Source: Styela clava
Lineage: Eukaryota
Length of the DNA: 64,000 nt
Assembly (NCBI RefSeq): GCF_964204865.1
Contig: NC_135256.1
Span: 15,004,001 to 15,068,000, forward strand
Direction: 5' to 3'
Part shown: piece by piece, positions 27,001 to 42,000 of the stretch
How the letters are laid out: each line of letters starts with the position of its first letter
Numbering within the stretch: the stretch's first letter is position 1
Program-made: the position numbers and the translations under genes
Notes under the pieces: generated by a model
Seen by the model: only the letters and a program-made list of their open reading frames with translations
What the model was told of the DNA's origin: nothing
Database searches by the model: none

Positions 27001-30000
27001 TTTTTATTAAAAAGCGGCAGTATAATATACTGAAAATAAAACTTTAAACAATATGAGTTTTATTGAGGCCTGCGAGAGTTTAAAAACGCCTTTTTGGACA
27101 TTGAAAATCGCAAAATTTCGTTTGCCTCTCGCACACATTATTTTTAATCGGCGTTTAGAAAACATATCGTCACTAAAATCGAAGCACTGTTAATTGTGGG
27201 CGGGATTGGCCATATTATACATTACTTTGAATTGCCGTCGAAAATTTTTTTTTCAACATTATACAAGGTTTGAAACGGGACAATTTTCCCCGGGTTGTGA
27301 TGATATATATAAGATAATCAATCAAATGTATATTCAATCAAAATTATTGTGCTATAATAAATTTTAATCTGAGATATTACAGTAGATTTATGGATTTTTC
27401 GATGTTACAAGTCCTGAAAATAAGGAAATCAAAGCTTTATATGTTCGAGCAGTTTACCACACAGATTGCCGTGCTATTTAAAATTGTGAAGATTTTATTA
27501 TGTCGACTCAACCGCTGGTTAAATTGAAGACAATAATAAAGCAAGACATTTTAAATATGCCCTCATCGGTCACAAATTGATTACTTTGCACAACAGAAAA
27601 CTTATTATTCATTGTAAAAGTCGGCTCTTTTTTAACAAGTGGCCTAATCGCGGCGATGAATATGTATTTTTGATTAAACGATATACTTTATATGTATTTT
27701 CATTGTACGAAATGAAATTGTACTCTACGGGATTTTATATCAGTTATTGAGATTTTTCTAACGGCGATAACGAAAATACGTATTAAAATTAAATACACCC
27801 GGCAGTTTATCTCATAATTTTATGTCCACAGATCGCCGTGGCATTTCAGAGAAGTAATGTTTTAATTTTGACTCAGGAAGAAGCAACCGCGAGATACGTT
27901 TGACATAATTAAATTAATATATAAACCCATTTTGGAATCCCGTAGGCCGTAGTTGTCATGGATTGATCATTTTACGCAACAAAAAAATCATGCTAATTTT
28001 GTAGCCATAAGTTTTAAGCTATTTTAAGGTTGCCGCTCACAAGTAGACCGAATGGTCATTTCGCGGGTATCCCGTCATTCTGTACAAATATTTTTTTATT
28101 TTTCTTGTTTTCATTTTTGTTATATTTTATCGGAATGACAAATAAAAAACGATTTGATTGATTGATTATACGCTGAAAAAACGTCTCTTTAACGAGCGCG
28201 TAATCGCGCTGACTGTTACAGGAGGCAATGAGAATTTCCGATTTTTTAAATACATCGTCATACGTTTATAATTTACAAAACGTTCATAAACCTACGCAAC
28301 GGTGGGGACCTATTTTACAAAATAAGGAAGTGAAACGATACGTTGGGCGTGAAAAGAAAACGAATAACATCATAACGCAAAGAAAATTTGTCGCTTTTGT
28401 ATGTTAGCGAGCGCCGTTTGTGAATTCTCGCGTAATTCACGATTGATTTGGCGACGCGCGAATTCCGTGTTAAAGCAAAGCGGCGCGGGTCACGTGGTAC
28501 CGGGTATTCGAATAGTGAAATGCCATTCGAATATTTTGATATTCGATTCGATATTCGTTATTCGAATTTTTTGCCCAGCCCTACAAATGACAAATCTTGA
28601 ATTTGAGTGCCACACCTTGGGTAGGCAATGCCGAATCAGGAATATTTCGGTCCTTCCAAATGATAAAAAGAACTTCCTACATATTTAGAGATATCAGTGG
28701 CTGCTTCTATAGCGCCTTGTTCATGTTCAGGCGTTAATAAGTGGCATATAAAAAACCAAAGGTGTGCAATATAAAAAAAATATGAATATGCCCTAAATGG
28801 AAGTTTCACGATTCCACAATAAATCATCACTCATACACAATATGCACGTAATTGCAACGTATGAATTGCGCAGTATGAATCACCTTTTCATCAAATGTCC
28901 AAAATTTGCAAAATATAAAGTTATATGCAAGCTATATTTGAAAGCTGGCAACATGGACATCTGTATTATGTATTATATTTTAATACCATTAAGTATTTTT
29001 AGAAATTTAGCAGAATGTATAGAAACAGGAAACAAAACAGAGGATGATGTTTTTCCTAGCTCGCCACCAGTAATATGCCCGCCAGCATGTCTTAGTGATG
29101 ATCACCCATGTAAATGTTACAGTGATGGTTGGATAGATTGTAATGGGAAAAACCTTACAAGTATTCCAGTTTTACCACCATGCTCAAGACTGATAAATCT
29201 ACAAGGAAATAACATCACATCTATAGGTTGGTAACAAACTAATGATTCTAGTTAGGTAAAGGGTATGATGTACACATGGTACAATTTTTAGGTATTATTA
29301 AAATAATAAATTGGTTGATGCTGAGATTAGATTATTTTGGCATTTAGGATCATGATTCGAAGTTGAATTAATTTTGAATACTCTTCCATTTCGCAAAAAA
29401 ATTAACCTAAGTAATATATAATCGAGATTTCGCTTTTTAATTATATGAATTTTTGGAAAACGCAATTGCGGTATGCATTGATTTTTCATTTCTTTCCTTG
29501 AGTATTCTTTAATAAATATTATTGATATATAGAATACAAAAGAGTATTTAAAAATGACAGTTTATTGTATGTAATTTGCGTTTTATAATTATGTCCATGC
29601 CTGTAAAAATTTTTTCAATTATTATTATTATTATACAAGAAAATTGTCATGTATTGCATCATATTTCATTAATATAGGAGGAGATAGCATGGCATTTCAG
29701 GATCCAAATTTCACACAATTATTCCTATTTTTACAGATCAAGTTGACTTTTCAGAAACAATAGATACTCAAATCATTGATCTTTCATACAATAAAATTAC
29801 CGAGCTTCGGTCAGGAATTTTTATACAGTTAAAAGGTATTTACACTTTGAGCATAAATCTATGAATATTTTATCCTAATTTATGGTTACTCTACAGGAGT
29901 TGTAGGGAACTAACCCCATTCTTTCGTAATTACAGCATTAAAAGCTTTAACGCTCCACCGTAATTCCATAGTACACATCAGTGATTGTGCTTTCTATGGA

Positions 30001-33000
30001 TTAACTGCATTGACGTCATTAGATTTGTCACGGAACAATATAACGGTCATACCGTCAACAGCTTTTGATGACAACACAGCTTTGAGAGAAATAACATTGT
30101 ATGAAAATAAACTGAGTGACCTCAGCCCGAGGTGAGAAAGTTACCTAGAATTTGATACTAGTCATATATATGACATACCTTTGCAAATTTAAACACTATT
30201 ATTCTCAAGCAAATAATCACCTTTTCATGAATTATTCCGAACTTTCTAAGTGGAAAGCACAAAAATTGAAGTAGTATTTTTTATATAATTCAAATTTTTA
30301 TCTCTAAAGATATTTTGGATTTGAAGCTTTAAACCTAAATTAATCCACTCTCTAAGCCAGTGCTTCTCAACCTTTTTTTCAAGTGACCCAAATTTTCTCA
30401 AAATTAAATTTTGTAAATTTCGCTACCGAAGTATATGCTCAGATACTAAATAGCATGGAGTATTTTCATGGTTGCAAAATGACTAATATGAAAGTGAGAA
30501 AGCTGTGCTAGTTTGCCCTCAGCAACGGTTTACTTGAGCAAAACAATATAAACGCTGTAATATTTCCCTTTGTAGACATTTACTATTCAGCAACACTTCA
30601 ATACCAAATATAAAATGATAGGTTTTTGTTGAAAAAATAAGCAACCCAAGTAACTTTCTGGCGACCCAGCTATTGGTCGCGACCCATAGTTTGGGAAACA
30701 CTGCTCTAAGTCACACCACTTGAAATATTACAAAAAAAAGTTCAAGTCAATATAGATCAAAGATATTTATAATGATAAAAAGCAAATTTCTAGATGGTTC
30801 GAAAACAAGACATCATTGGAGACAGTGGCACTGGGACAAAATACTTGGAATTGCAGTTGTGAATTAAGAAAATCGTATGACACAATAGTCAACACCTCTG
30901 GGATTCAGGTTTGTTCAAACAGGGAATCCCAACCCTAATACCCTTGTTTACCACTTGGCCGATTTTAACCGGAATTTTCATCCTAAATATTACTTATGAA
31001 AATATGACAAAAGTGGTGCCAGGATAGACAGTGTCTCAATCTGCTTTGGGCCAGGGCAACATCCACATTTCCTCTTGAAACCGGTAGCTTATATTTGTAG
31101 TAGGCACAAGTATGTAATTCTTGGTTGCAAAATCCACCCAGAATAATGGCCCATTTAGTCCACATGGTGAATTTACCCCAGTTGAGTACCCCAGGTCAAA
31201 ATGAGCTCTAAAACAATTTGCAATGGCTTAAATATACATTAAATATATTTGAAGATTTCAGATAATACATGCATTGATTTTTACAGGTCGATTGCCAAGA
31301 TAATACAGACACAATCTTCAGTTCAATGTGTATACGATGTTCCAGTCCATATTATATGCGTGGATTCACTCTTTATAATATTACAAAAGAAAATTTGAAG
31401 AGTTGTGATGAAAACATCACCAGCAGTGTTAATAATATTCAAGGTAAGGCGTCTTTTTAGATACTCCACCTTTGTGAGGTTATTTATTGCAGGTTTATTT
31501 TTGAACAAATAGAATAATTGAAGACATCTGAATACTTTGACATTCTCGAATTCCTCCTGCCAAACAACCTCAATGGACCAAATTTTGCTACAAAATCAGT
31601 TGACAAATATCAAAACTAGCAAATTCACTCACTTGGCTTAGTGGTGGAGACTGTATGAGCATTTTAGGTTACATAGGTTGGGTTAAATCCTGCGGTGCAA
31701 TGAATTGAGTAGGCAATGTCGAATCAACCATTATAAATTCAAGTTCTAAAAATAATAGATCAATACACCTTACATCCTTTGATATCAGTGATTACTTGTA
31801 AAGAGCCTTGTTCGGATCGAAATGTGTGAATAAATACCTATAGAAAAATCCATACAAAGTTTAATTGATTCAACTAACCTCTCTAGACAACTGCAAACAT
31901 AATTATATTACATATATTATTGTTACCTGAATATTTCACTTCAGAAATAACAAGTTGTGAAAACGTCATCCCAGTAACAAGGCAAAAACTAATGAACACG
32001 AGTGAAGCAACCATGACAACACTAACAACGACAAGAAATTCTATTTCGAGCTCAGCGACAGAATCGGCTTTGAAAAACGCAACCATAATCTTAATCTCAG
32101 AATCTAGCACAAAACGACCCCACATGAAAAATTCATCAATGGATTCATGGGTTGTTGTCTTAATCGTTATTGTTGTTTTGATCCTGATTAGTTTTATCGC
32201 AATTTCTATATGGTGCAATGACAGAAAAAGAAGGAAATTAATAAGGAGAAAGTCCTATGGTACAGAAGAAACAACATTGTGATATCACCTGTGTCTAGAG
32301 ATGGCCAGAATCGAATTATACTATAGTATAGTATATTATATCATGTTCGATGGAAAATTTAAGGAAAAATTGTAAATTCATAGAAACGCAGAATAGTTGA
32401 GATAAACAATGTTTTTTCTATACTTTTACGATGTCTTAAATAAAAAAGAATATTTTAGAAAGAAATTTGCTCAAAGCAAAGTCATGCGCACCCCCCTCCC
32501 CCCTCTGAGCGATGTTACAAGCAGCTACTGAAGTGCCAAAATGTTAAGATCTTGAAATTACAAATGGAAAAACTTCTCGAAATTATTTGGAAAATTGGGA
32601 ATTTAATATCTAATATAAACAATTAAATATCCTGCATTCAATATAAAACTTGATTAAACAATAAAGAATCACAAAAATCAAATGTTTGAGAACAACTATC
32701 TATACCTCATGAGTGTAATTATCGAATTTATGTTTATTATTATGTTATCCATTGTCCAGTAAATGTTGTGTACAGAATAGCTTCCCAAACTAGGGGACAA
32801 ATTTTAGGGACCGCAAAGAGAACACATATTTTACACAAAGTACTATATCTGTTGTACTTTTTTAGACTCTTGATTCGAAACACAATTATCAAAACCAAAA
32901 TCTCACGATTCCGAGTGAATACATCATTATATCCTGTTTCCCCGAAAATATGACTTTCTTTCAATTTTCTTTTAAAAAAGAACACCAGGGCTTATTTTGG

Positions 33001-36000
33001 GGGGATGTCTTTTATTTTCATTTTTCAAAAACAAAATTACAAGTAGAGAATTAAGAGATTTTCAAATGTACAAAATATGAAAATCGATTTTTATTTATTT
33101 ATAAATAACACGTTTGTATTTAAAATAACTGTTTAACATAGATTACCCATACCCATCATACCCATTTGAAACGAGTAGGAAAGATTTCTTGCTACCAACT
33201 ACCGACTAAGCAAAAAAAATTCGGCGTTATTGACTTGGTCTTATTTTAAGGGGAGGGCTTATATTGAAATCATTTTTAAAATTCAGGCTAGCTCTTATTT
33301 TCGGGGAAACACGGTAAATTCATCGCGCTCGCATAACAATGCCTTTAATTGTTAAGCCAGCGGTTCCCAAAGGCAGTTTGCTGAGTGTGCCTCAAAAATT
33401 AAGAAATTGGTTTTAAATAATAACTAATGTATTGTTGAATATTTAACATATTATTTCATTTATTCTAAATGTTTGGTTTCCTATTGTTGTAAATGATGTG
33501 TATATGGATCAATAAACTCATTTTATTTTAGTATGTTGTGTACTTTCTGTTATGTTGGGTCTATTGTTAAGTAACAGTAGAGGTTAATCCCATTTTGTAA
33601 TTTTGTGGGCCGCAGTTTATTCTTTCGATGAACTGAGTTCAGCAAACATGAGTGATTTTTTTCAGCATTTTAAAGGAAAACCAGGCAGAGATAGGGAAGA
33701 GAAGTTAACCTTTTGCCTTGATCTTAAGCCCTAAATGTTTATATAATTTAAAAGACATAAAGTATACATTAACGATAACAAAATTGTGTTTTAATTGGAG
33801 GCAGCATTTTTTTCGTGTAGGTGCACTGTGAATTTTTTCCCTGATAATTTGGCGCCGCACGAACCGCCTGCTTATGCTAAATTTGATCATTAAGAGTAAC
33901 AATGCCCGTTAAGGACCATGCTGTCGGTGGCAAGACGTCATATTTCATTATCATCGAGGCCTGCATTAACAAACATTGAGCTGAGCCACTACTGGACTTG
34001 CTATGCAGCAAAAATCATTCGCACCCATCACACTGAATAATTGAGTAACAGGAATCTAAGTAAATATGTTTTTGTTATCGAGTGGGCCTACTAAATGTTA
34101 AGAATTAACTGTGTCAATAATAAATCAAATATGCATATTTCGAACTGTTTAGCATTATTAACATGAACAGGAGCAGCAAAAAAAAGGGCCGCGAGCTCAA
34201 AAGTTTGGGAAGCCCTGGTGTACAGTACAGTTATATACGATATTTGTTATTTTATATATTTCATTTTCCAATAAAATCAATTGTTTAATTAGTGATTTGC
34301 AACCTTTATCATCAGCAATTTTATTTTTGAAAAATGGTTGAAACAAACTGGTGGTTGAAAACAAACATCGATCAATCTCCTAAAATTTATTCCTTATTTG
34401 CCCACCCACAGTCAGAACTGGACATAAAATGATCAAAAATTGAACTTTGTGTGATGTGTTTCAATTACAGCAAATGCATTTTAGTATGGCCATTATGCAA
34501 TACATTAACCAATAAGTGGTAATGTTAAACTAAAATGGATAGCAGAAATTGAGGAGGAGATATATGCTGAGAAAAGAAGCAAAGTATTTAGGACTTTGAC
34601 AAATATAATGAAAATTCAAATTTTTGAAACAAATAATTTTCAATTTTCTCGTCCGAACTTATTTCTTTTCGAACTAAAATAATAGTGACAACAAGAATGA
34701 TTCAGAGCGTTAACGTCCACATTGTCATCACAGAATACGTTAATAATATCATGCAATTACGTTTCGTAATCCAGGAAATTATGCATCACTGAAATATCAA
34801 ATGGCGATAACGAAAGTTGAAAAAAAATAAAGAAACATCTTTAAAAATTCATAAAAGAAACGTTAGGTGACCTGAATGTCCAACACGTCACTTTATACAG
34901 TATTAAGGTGAATAATAGGCAGCTTACTACATGACGAACAATGCAGACCTAAATAATAACCACTTTCATGTTAATCAAAGTTCTATCAACAATATAATAG
35001 AGCTGCTGGGAAAGGAATGATATAAATAGCATCATTCAGTTGAAATTCGAAAATATGAGAAGTACTTGTGGACTATAAACCGAAAATCATGTTCCGGTTT
35101 TTAATACTAGGCAGACAAATAGTCAAAATGTAAATTCATAAGCTTAGATGGTTCCCAACAAAAAGAGGAAAAAGATTTCATAATGATTTTTGGGAGATAA
35201 AAGAAATAAATTTGTATTAGTGTGCGACGAGACTCTCATATCGCTCAGAATAGTGACCTTTACTTCTGATACAGCATCCTTGAATTACTTGCAGAAGGAT
35301 TAACTATTACAAAAGCACGAATGGTTAGTGGTCAATGCTTCAGAACTCAATTGACAGCAAATGATAGTCTTGTTACAATATAACAGATTGCTCAATTTTA
35401 CAATATATTCCTCTACAGTCATCGAGTTTTATTATTAAGACAGTATAATGGCAAGCAACTCGATCAACGAATACATATTCAAATTACTAGTGCTTTTTGG
35501 CATTGTACACATTACTTTGGGATCGACAGCATGTGATGTTTGTGTTTGTCAACCGACGGCGGATGCTCCGTTTCTCACGTCATGTTCAAACCCCAATTTG
35601 ACAACGGTTCCGGATAATATTATAAACACAACCAAGATATTTATTGCGAATGATGGAAGCATTCGAAATATAACTGCAATGGATTTTGCAGGACTAACCT
35701 TACTTGAACAACTGGAACTAAACAACAACAAGATATCTACAATTGAAGATGATTCATTTAAAGATTTAATAAGCCTGACGGTTTGTTGATTTACTTTCAT
35801 TCTTATGAAGATTTAATCAAAGCCACATCATTAGCAGAATAGGATTTCGTACTTATCTCAGAAAAGAGGGAAGTCAATAAGGCTTATCCATATGGCGAAG
35901 CACGATCTCATGTACGGTTTCCAGTCAGGTACGGGAATAGTTGACCAGTTGTTTGTTTCAGATACATGGACTTGAGATTTTACTGATAAAAGAGTTATAA

Positions 36001-39000
36001 TACTTCAGTGTCAAAAATACCGTATAGATATATTGTTGTGACATAGCTGCTTGGAACTGTTTGACAATGTGAGACTTGAAGCACTTATAAAAAAAACATT
36101 TTACCATCACAGCTATTCGGAAACAAATTTTACAATTCCCAAAAATAACATACAACTAATCTAATTTATGATTAACAAAATTTATCCTTTTTTCTAGACA
36201 CTCAAGGTTGCATCCAATGCTCTCAATCAACTATCCATAGCATCATTGAATGGGCTACCTAACTTAACACATTTGGAAATAAATGTAAGTTGCAATTAGA
36301 AATTCTGGAATGAATGGAAACAAGAAAATAGCAACCCCACAAGCCTAACATAAAATCATTTTTCAGGATAACATGATCACAACTGTTCCAGATCATGTTT
36401 GCAGCAAACTCACATCATTACAATCACTGAGTGCACAAGATAATGAAATAACGACAATCGGATCACAAGTTCTTATGGGATGTGATTCTCTTAATCACAT
36501 TGATTTATCTAATAATGGCATAACTACAATTGATGAAGACGCCTTCAAGGTAATAAGTCCAGTCATTTTTTTAAATTTTGAATAGAAAATAGGATTATTA
36601 TTTTGACTAGCTTAATGTGGGCATGGGTAGTTCCAAGCAGAAATTTTCGAGTGAAATTCAACATTATCGGTAATGTGGCAATGTCGAATGTTAAAAATCT
36701 CGGTTCAACTTTAAACAAGTACTATATCACTCACTCAGGGTGTAATAGATTGGATATACAATTACAAACCAACAAGATTCCTTGATTTAAAAAAATAGGA
36801 GCTAGTAACATATTGGCAGCTGCTTGAACAGAGCCTAGTTCAAAATGGAAGAGTGAAAATGTCACACAATGGAAAGTGTCAATCCATAGCTGACAATTGC
36901 CAAGTTGAATGCATCAATTCATTAATAAATGTATATTATGTATCTCAGTGTTCTAATGGTTGGAACTTGGTCCTAACTCTGTGTTACAGGTTGAAAAGCT
37001 TTAAGCCAAACCCCATGACCACTACCTCAATCAATGTGTAATAAAATTAGGTAGGCGATTCTGATTTTGAGAAAATTTATAGATTTCCAAAAATACGATG
37101 CTCGCTGCTTAAATACATCATATTCAGATAAAACCAGAATTACCAACTTACGGTATGTACTGTAACATTGAAAGATACTTGAATTTCAACATTTATTTTT
37201 TCTATAGGGTTTGGATAGTCTTGCTACATTGGACATCACAGGCAATAAGTTGACAGCATTTTACAGTGCATGGTTTGTGAACAAATCATCCAGTATTAAT
37301 TTTAAACTTGACAACAATGCTACTTGGTACTGCAATGTACAAATGAAGGATGAATATGCCAAGATCAATAGAACTCATCCAAGTCTTCTGAGTTGCAGTA
37401 ATGCAAATGGGTTTTGTCCTTTGTGTGATAATTTTGGAGGTGAGGAAAATGAAGTATTTTTTAGTGTTTGCATTCATAGTAATAAGTAAATTAGGGGTTC
37501 TCGCACGGCTTGCAGGGTTCATGGGAATCTTTCTAAAGAGTACTCAGATGGCAGTTGAATTTTAATACCTTAGTATTTATAATGATAGCTGACTTACACA
37601 TATGACAGTGCAATCCTGTCTTTAAATCGCAAAATTTAATTGAAAGAAACACGCATATTCTTCACTCTCATGTTTAGATGTTTCGTAAACATTCTTTGTA
37701 ATAATATTTAATATTGTTGATCGATAGCCCTAGTCAACATTTTACCACTTAATTAGATGTTAGCTTGCAGAGGTTCAAATAAATTGTGTTATGATTTATG
37801 ATGGGAGGGATATTGAGAATTCGTGATTTAACTAAAACAATTTAACTACGAAATAAGTCATTTTCACCAATACAATTGTTTATGTCAGAATTTGGTATTT
37901 TCTAGGAGTGAGACTCACGGAAATCATCATCACAGAAAGAACTGTGACTGTTTCCACCACAACAGTAAAAGGAGAAACAGAAGATCCATCTGCTACAACT
38001 GCTTGCAATAATATGACAGCTACCTGCCCAGGATCTGGCTTCAAAAACAGACCAGATATCTTTCTTTTACTTGTAGCTATGCTTATGATAATTCTTCATC
38101 GGTAATTGACAAAAAACTTCGAAAAACTCACTACATCCATATGAGTTTATAATGCCAGAGCCAAGCCAAGACAGAAATTTAAACAATTAAAAATCCCAAT
38201 TCACCAGTTCCCATAAATTTATTTTAATCCGAACCAATAATTTATAGCTATTGCCTATTTATTATAATAGTGTAACTTTAGAAATGACTGTAAAATTAAC
38301 ATTGACTTTTCTATTATTTACATTAGCATTAAATTTCTACATTCCTATTTCAGTAATATTATTTTCTGATAAATATTGTATATTATCTCACATCAATGAA
38401 TTAGTAGAATACTTTATTATATTATTCACTGACTTCATGTACATTACAGTGGAAGATACTCAGTGCAATGATAACGTGTAATTTAGCACTGATATTTTTG
38501 TCAAATGTTGTTTTTTGTTAAAATTATGAAACCATATCATAGATTTGAATAAATTGAAAAATATTTTAGCATAGTACCCAGTAGCATAGTGGATACATTG
38601 AATGTGCATTGTATTTCATTATCATGAAATTTAGATATTTTCATATGCTGTAATTATATATTCTTGAATATATATTAGGTTGCACGTATGGTTGTGTCCT
38701 CGACCTCGTGCTCCAGAAAAATCATGATATTTAGTAAACGCCATTATTTCAATATGAAAACAGTAAATTTTACACAGATAAACATTTATTAGTTGAATTC
38801 TTGAAAAAAAAAATCTTTCCGGACATCATTAAACTCAAACCTAATTCAGATTTAAAAATTTTTCATCAATTTAATTGTATAACCTCATATCAATTTTCTG
38901 TCCATGCTATTTCTTTGTCAAATGACAATATATCTCTTCCAATACATATTCAACTATTTTTACACTTTATAGACTGTTTACCTTATGCGATTGTATTTCT

Positions 39001-42000
39001 TGTTTTAGTGTCTTCTGTTGTTCAACCATTTCCTCTGTCCACTTTTCTTTTTCATTCTTGAATAAAAGCATCAGGTAGTTAAGATTGGTATTAAATAACC
39101 CGCATTATTAAAACAGATAAATCTCTAAAAAAAGGCTCGACAGATATTTTAGAACGGAGTAACAGATATTTTAGAACTGAGTGAGATTATCCAGAGAACT
39201 GCGTTACAAATCACTCATGTGAAATTTTTCAAATTTTTTGAATTCAACAATACACCATTTTAAAAGTTCACATCTGTAGGTTTTAAAAATACGAACCTCA
39301 ACCTCCTCGTGCAATTGTTCCATTTTCTTTGTTAAATTATTGATATCTTCCACCATTGTTTGCTTATCATTTAGAAGTTTTTCAATCGAAGCATTTTTCT
39401 GGTCAATGACCCGAGATATTTCATGAGTCTTCATCTATTCAAATATCAAAACAAAAGTTACAAGAAGAATGATTCAGCAACAAAAAGAAACTTTATATTT
39501 TTAGGTGAGAAGTAAATACAAAATGACTTCAGTAAGAAACATACATTTAACCAGTGTTGAGTAGAAGCCAGTGTCTTGAGTCAAGTCACAGGTCATGCTA
39601 GCCTTGCTCCTAGTCCAGTGGTTCTTAAACTTTGCGACCCTATCAAACCTCTATGTTAGTTGGAAAGCTTTCGTCGAACCCCAAAGCGCTTTGAACAACA
39701 ACAACTTTGTTGGGTATAGGGCAACATAAATTGCAACAAGAGAACAAGTACACATAGTTATCCGAACAGGTCTCGTTCTTGGTTGACATATTTTACAAAA
39801 AAATCCTCAAAATTGCAAAGAGTTTTCCGGATAAACCTCAAACCCCCCGCGATCATTCTGGTGTAACATCAAATACCAATACACCGTGTCAAAAGGCAGG
39901 TGATTTCATGTCAGTAAAAACTTCTTGTGCTGCTGGAGAGGGGAATCACTACCAAGGCAAAAATGCAACTTTGGAAATCCAAAAGCTAAAATAACTTTGG
40001 GAGGACTTTCGTTCAACCCCTGGACCCATCTACCGAACCCCAGGGTTCGATCGAACCCAGGTTGAGAAAGATTGGTTCAGTCCACAACTGAAGTCGAGTC
40101 AATCACTGAGCTAAATGTCACTGGCACAAGTTTGAGTCATTTCAGACTCAAGTCTGAATCGGAACTAGAGTCAATTCATTGATTCTCCGAAACAATGCAT
40201 TTAGCATACTTCGCAAGACAGATTATTGTGGATTATACAAACCTGAAATGTTTGTTGAAGCAGCTTTTGTTCTTCTTCTTTCAATTCCAATCTTTCTTTC
40301 ATTTTTTCATAATCCTCAATAACATTTAATGCATCTGATTGAAGCCCATTGATCGTCTGACAAAATAGAAAATTAATATGAATCATGAAACAATGCCATA
40401 ACATGAAATAAATGTAGGCCTACTATTATTAATTATACATCTTCCTAAAAAATAAAAGCTCACTGAAAATGTGTTGGGAACATTGTCAATCAACACCAAT
40501 TAACAAAAACAACCTGCCATAAATGGAAAGGAACATCAACAGCAAAAAATTTTTTTTAAATGATTCTTTCTCACTTTAAAAACCACATCAAAATAATACT
40601 AGTTTTAAGGAAAAACAGCAAAACACATACTTCTTCACTTCTCTCCAATTCAGTTTTGAATTTTTCTTTTTCCTTGGTCAATTGTTGAACTGATTTTGTG
40701 AGCTTCTTTTCATGACCTTTCCACCCATCAACTACTTTTGCCAATGTCTAAAAACAGAAAAACCTCAAAAAAAAAATTCTTATACATTAATACTTATGAT
40801 AATGTGTTTTTACACTAAATAGACTATGCCGAAAAAAACATTGATTAAGCTGGCACCAATTACTGAGAAGTGTTATGGGAATTATACAAAACACTACATC
40901 ATGACATTTTGTACACATCGTTTAATGTCCAATATGACTAAACTACGTCTTTGAACCAGAGCCCAACTTGAATTCTTTTTTAAAATGGTGGTTTGCTGTT
41001 AGATCATATTGACTTGAATTTCTTCATGTCTCACATATACCGATAGTTACTGGCAATTGATATAAGATTATAATACTTACTGAATTGTTTCAGTATGTCT
41101 TGGCATTTTAACGATCGCTCGTAAAGTTTGCTCAAGTTTCATATAATCTTGAGTGAGTTCTATAAGTTGTTTTAGTCCCAAATTTTTAAAAGCTTCAAAA
41201 AAGTATGCAATTATGGGTGGCAATTTTACATCTATGTGACTATAGTCTATCTTGGCAAGTAAGAGACTTTGTGTCCAAACAAATGTACATTACTCACTAA
41301 GGCATACGAAAAACATAAAAGCATACATAATGGTTTCAAATTTGTTTAATAAAAAACTGGTGCTACTATAGCATGAGGTATACTGCTATACATCGCCTAA
41401 ATGCGGCAGTCCTGTTAGTTTTAAGGCTTAGCTTGTTTATTGTTGAAACATAATACACAGAGTAAGGATATTGAAATAGTTTGCTTCAACTCCTCATCGT
41501 TAGCATGAGATCCATGGCCAGTACTGTGGCATGAAGTCTATTGCATACTTTTTGACATTATGAATTTTTATTGAAAATTTGGTATATTTGCCAGTAAACA
41601 GGCAGCATTTAAATGACGTATGGCAGTAGGCCCCACGGCAGTAGCATCAAAAATCGAAAGTCCAGTGAACATTCAGGAATACAAAATTTTATAACAGATT
41701 TCTATTGTATTTAGAAGACTTTACATTTGGCTGACCGTAAATAACTAGTATAAATATTAATACCTTATCTAGTTGTTCAATCATCATGTCCTTTTTCCTT
41801 GCAACGGATTGTCCAACTGCAAGTTCCTGTTGAATTTCAAGTATTTTGTTTTGAAGTTTTTGTATTTGCTTCTCACAGTGGTTACGACGATACCTGTAAA
41901 TGTAATTAATGTATTGTAAATGCAATCAGAAAATTCGAATAATATTACAGATGGCTCTAATATCACACTTTTCCCTTTTATGAGTGGTGTCAACCAGATT

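Noticed and set aside
29897-29935. Acceptor at 29896 for LRR exon 3, which would introduce a stop and suggest a pseudogene
   Set aside because: The downstream acceptor at 29935 gives an uninterrupted in-frame LRR.
28953-38105. A true rearranging VLR locus
   Set aside because: Both genes are complete, with spliceosomal introns inside the LRR region. No incomplete germline gene or flanking LRR cassettes were seen in this window.
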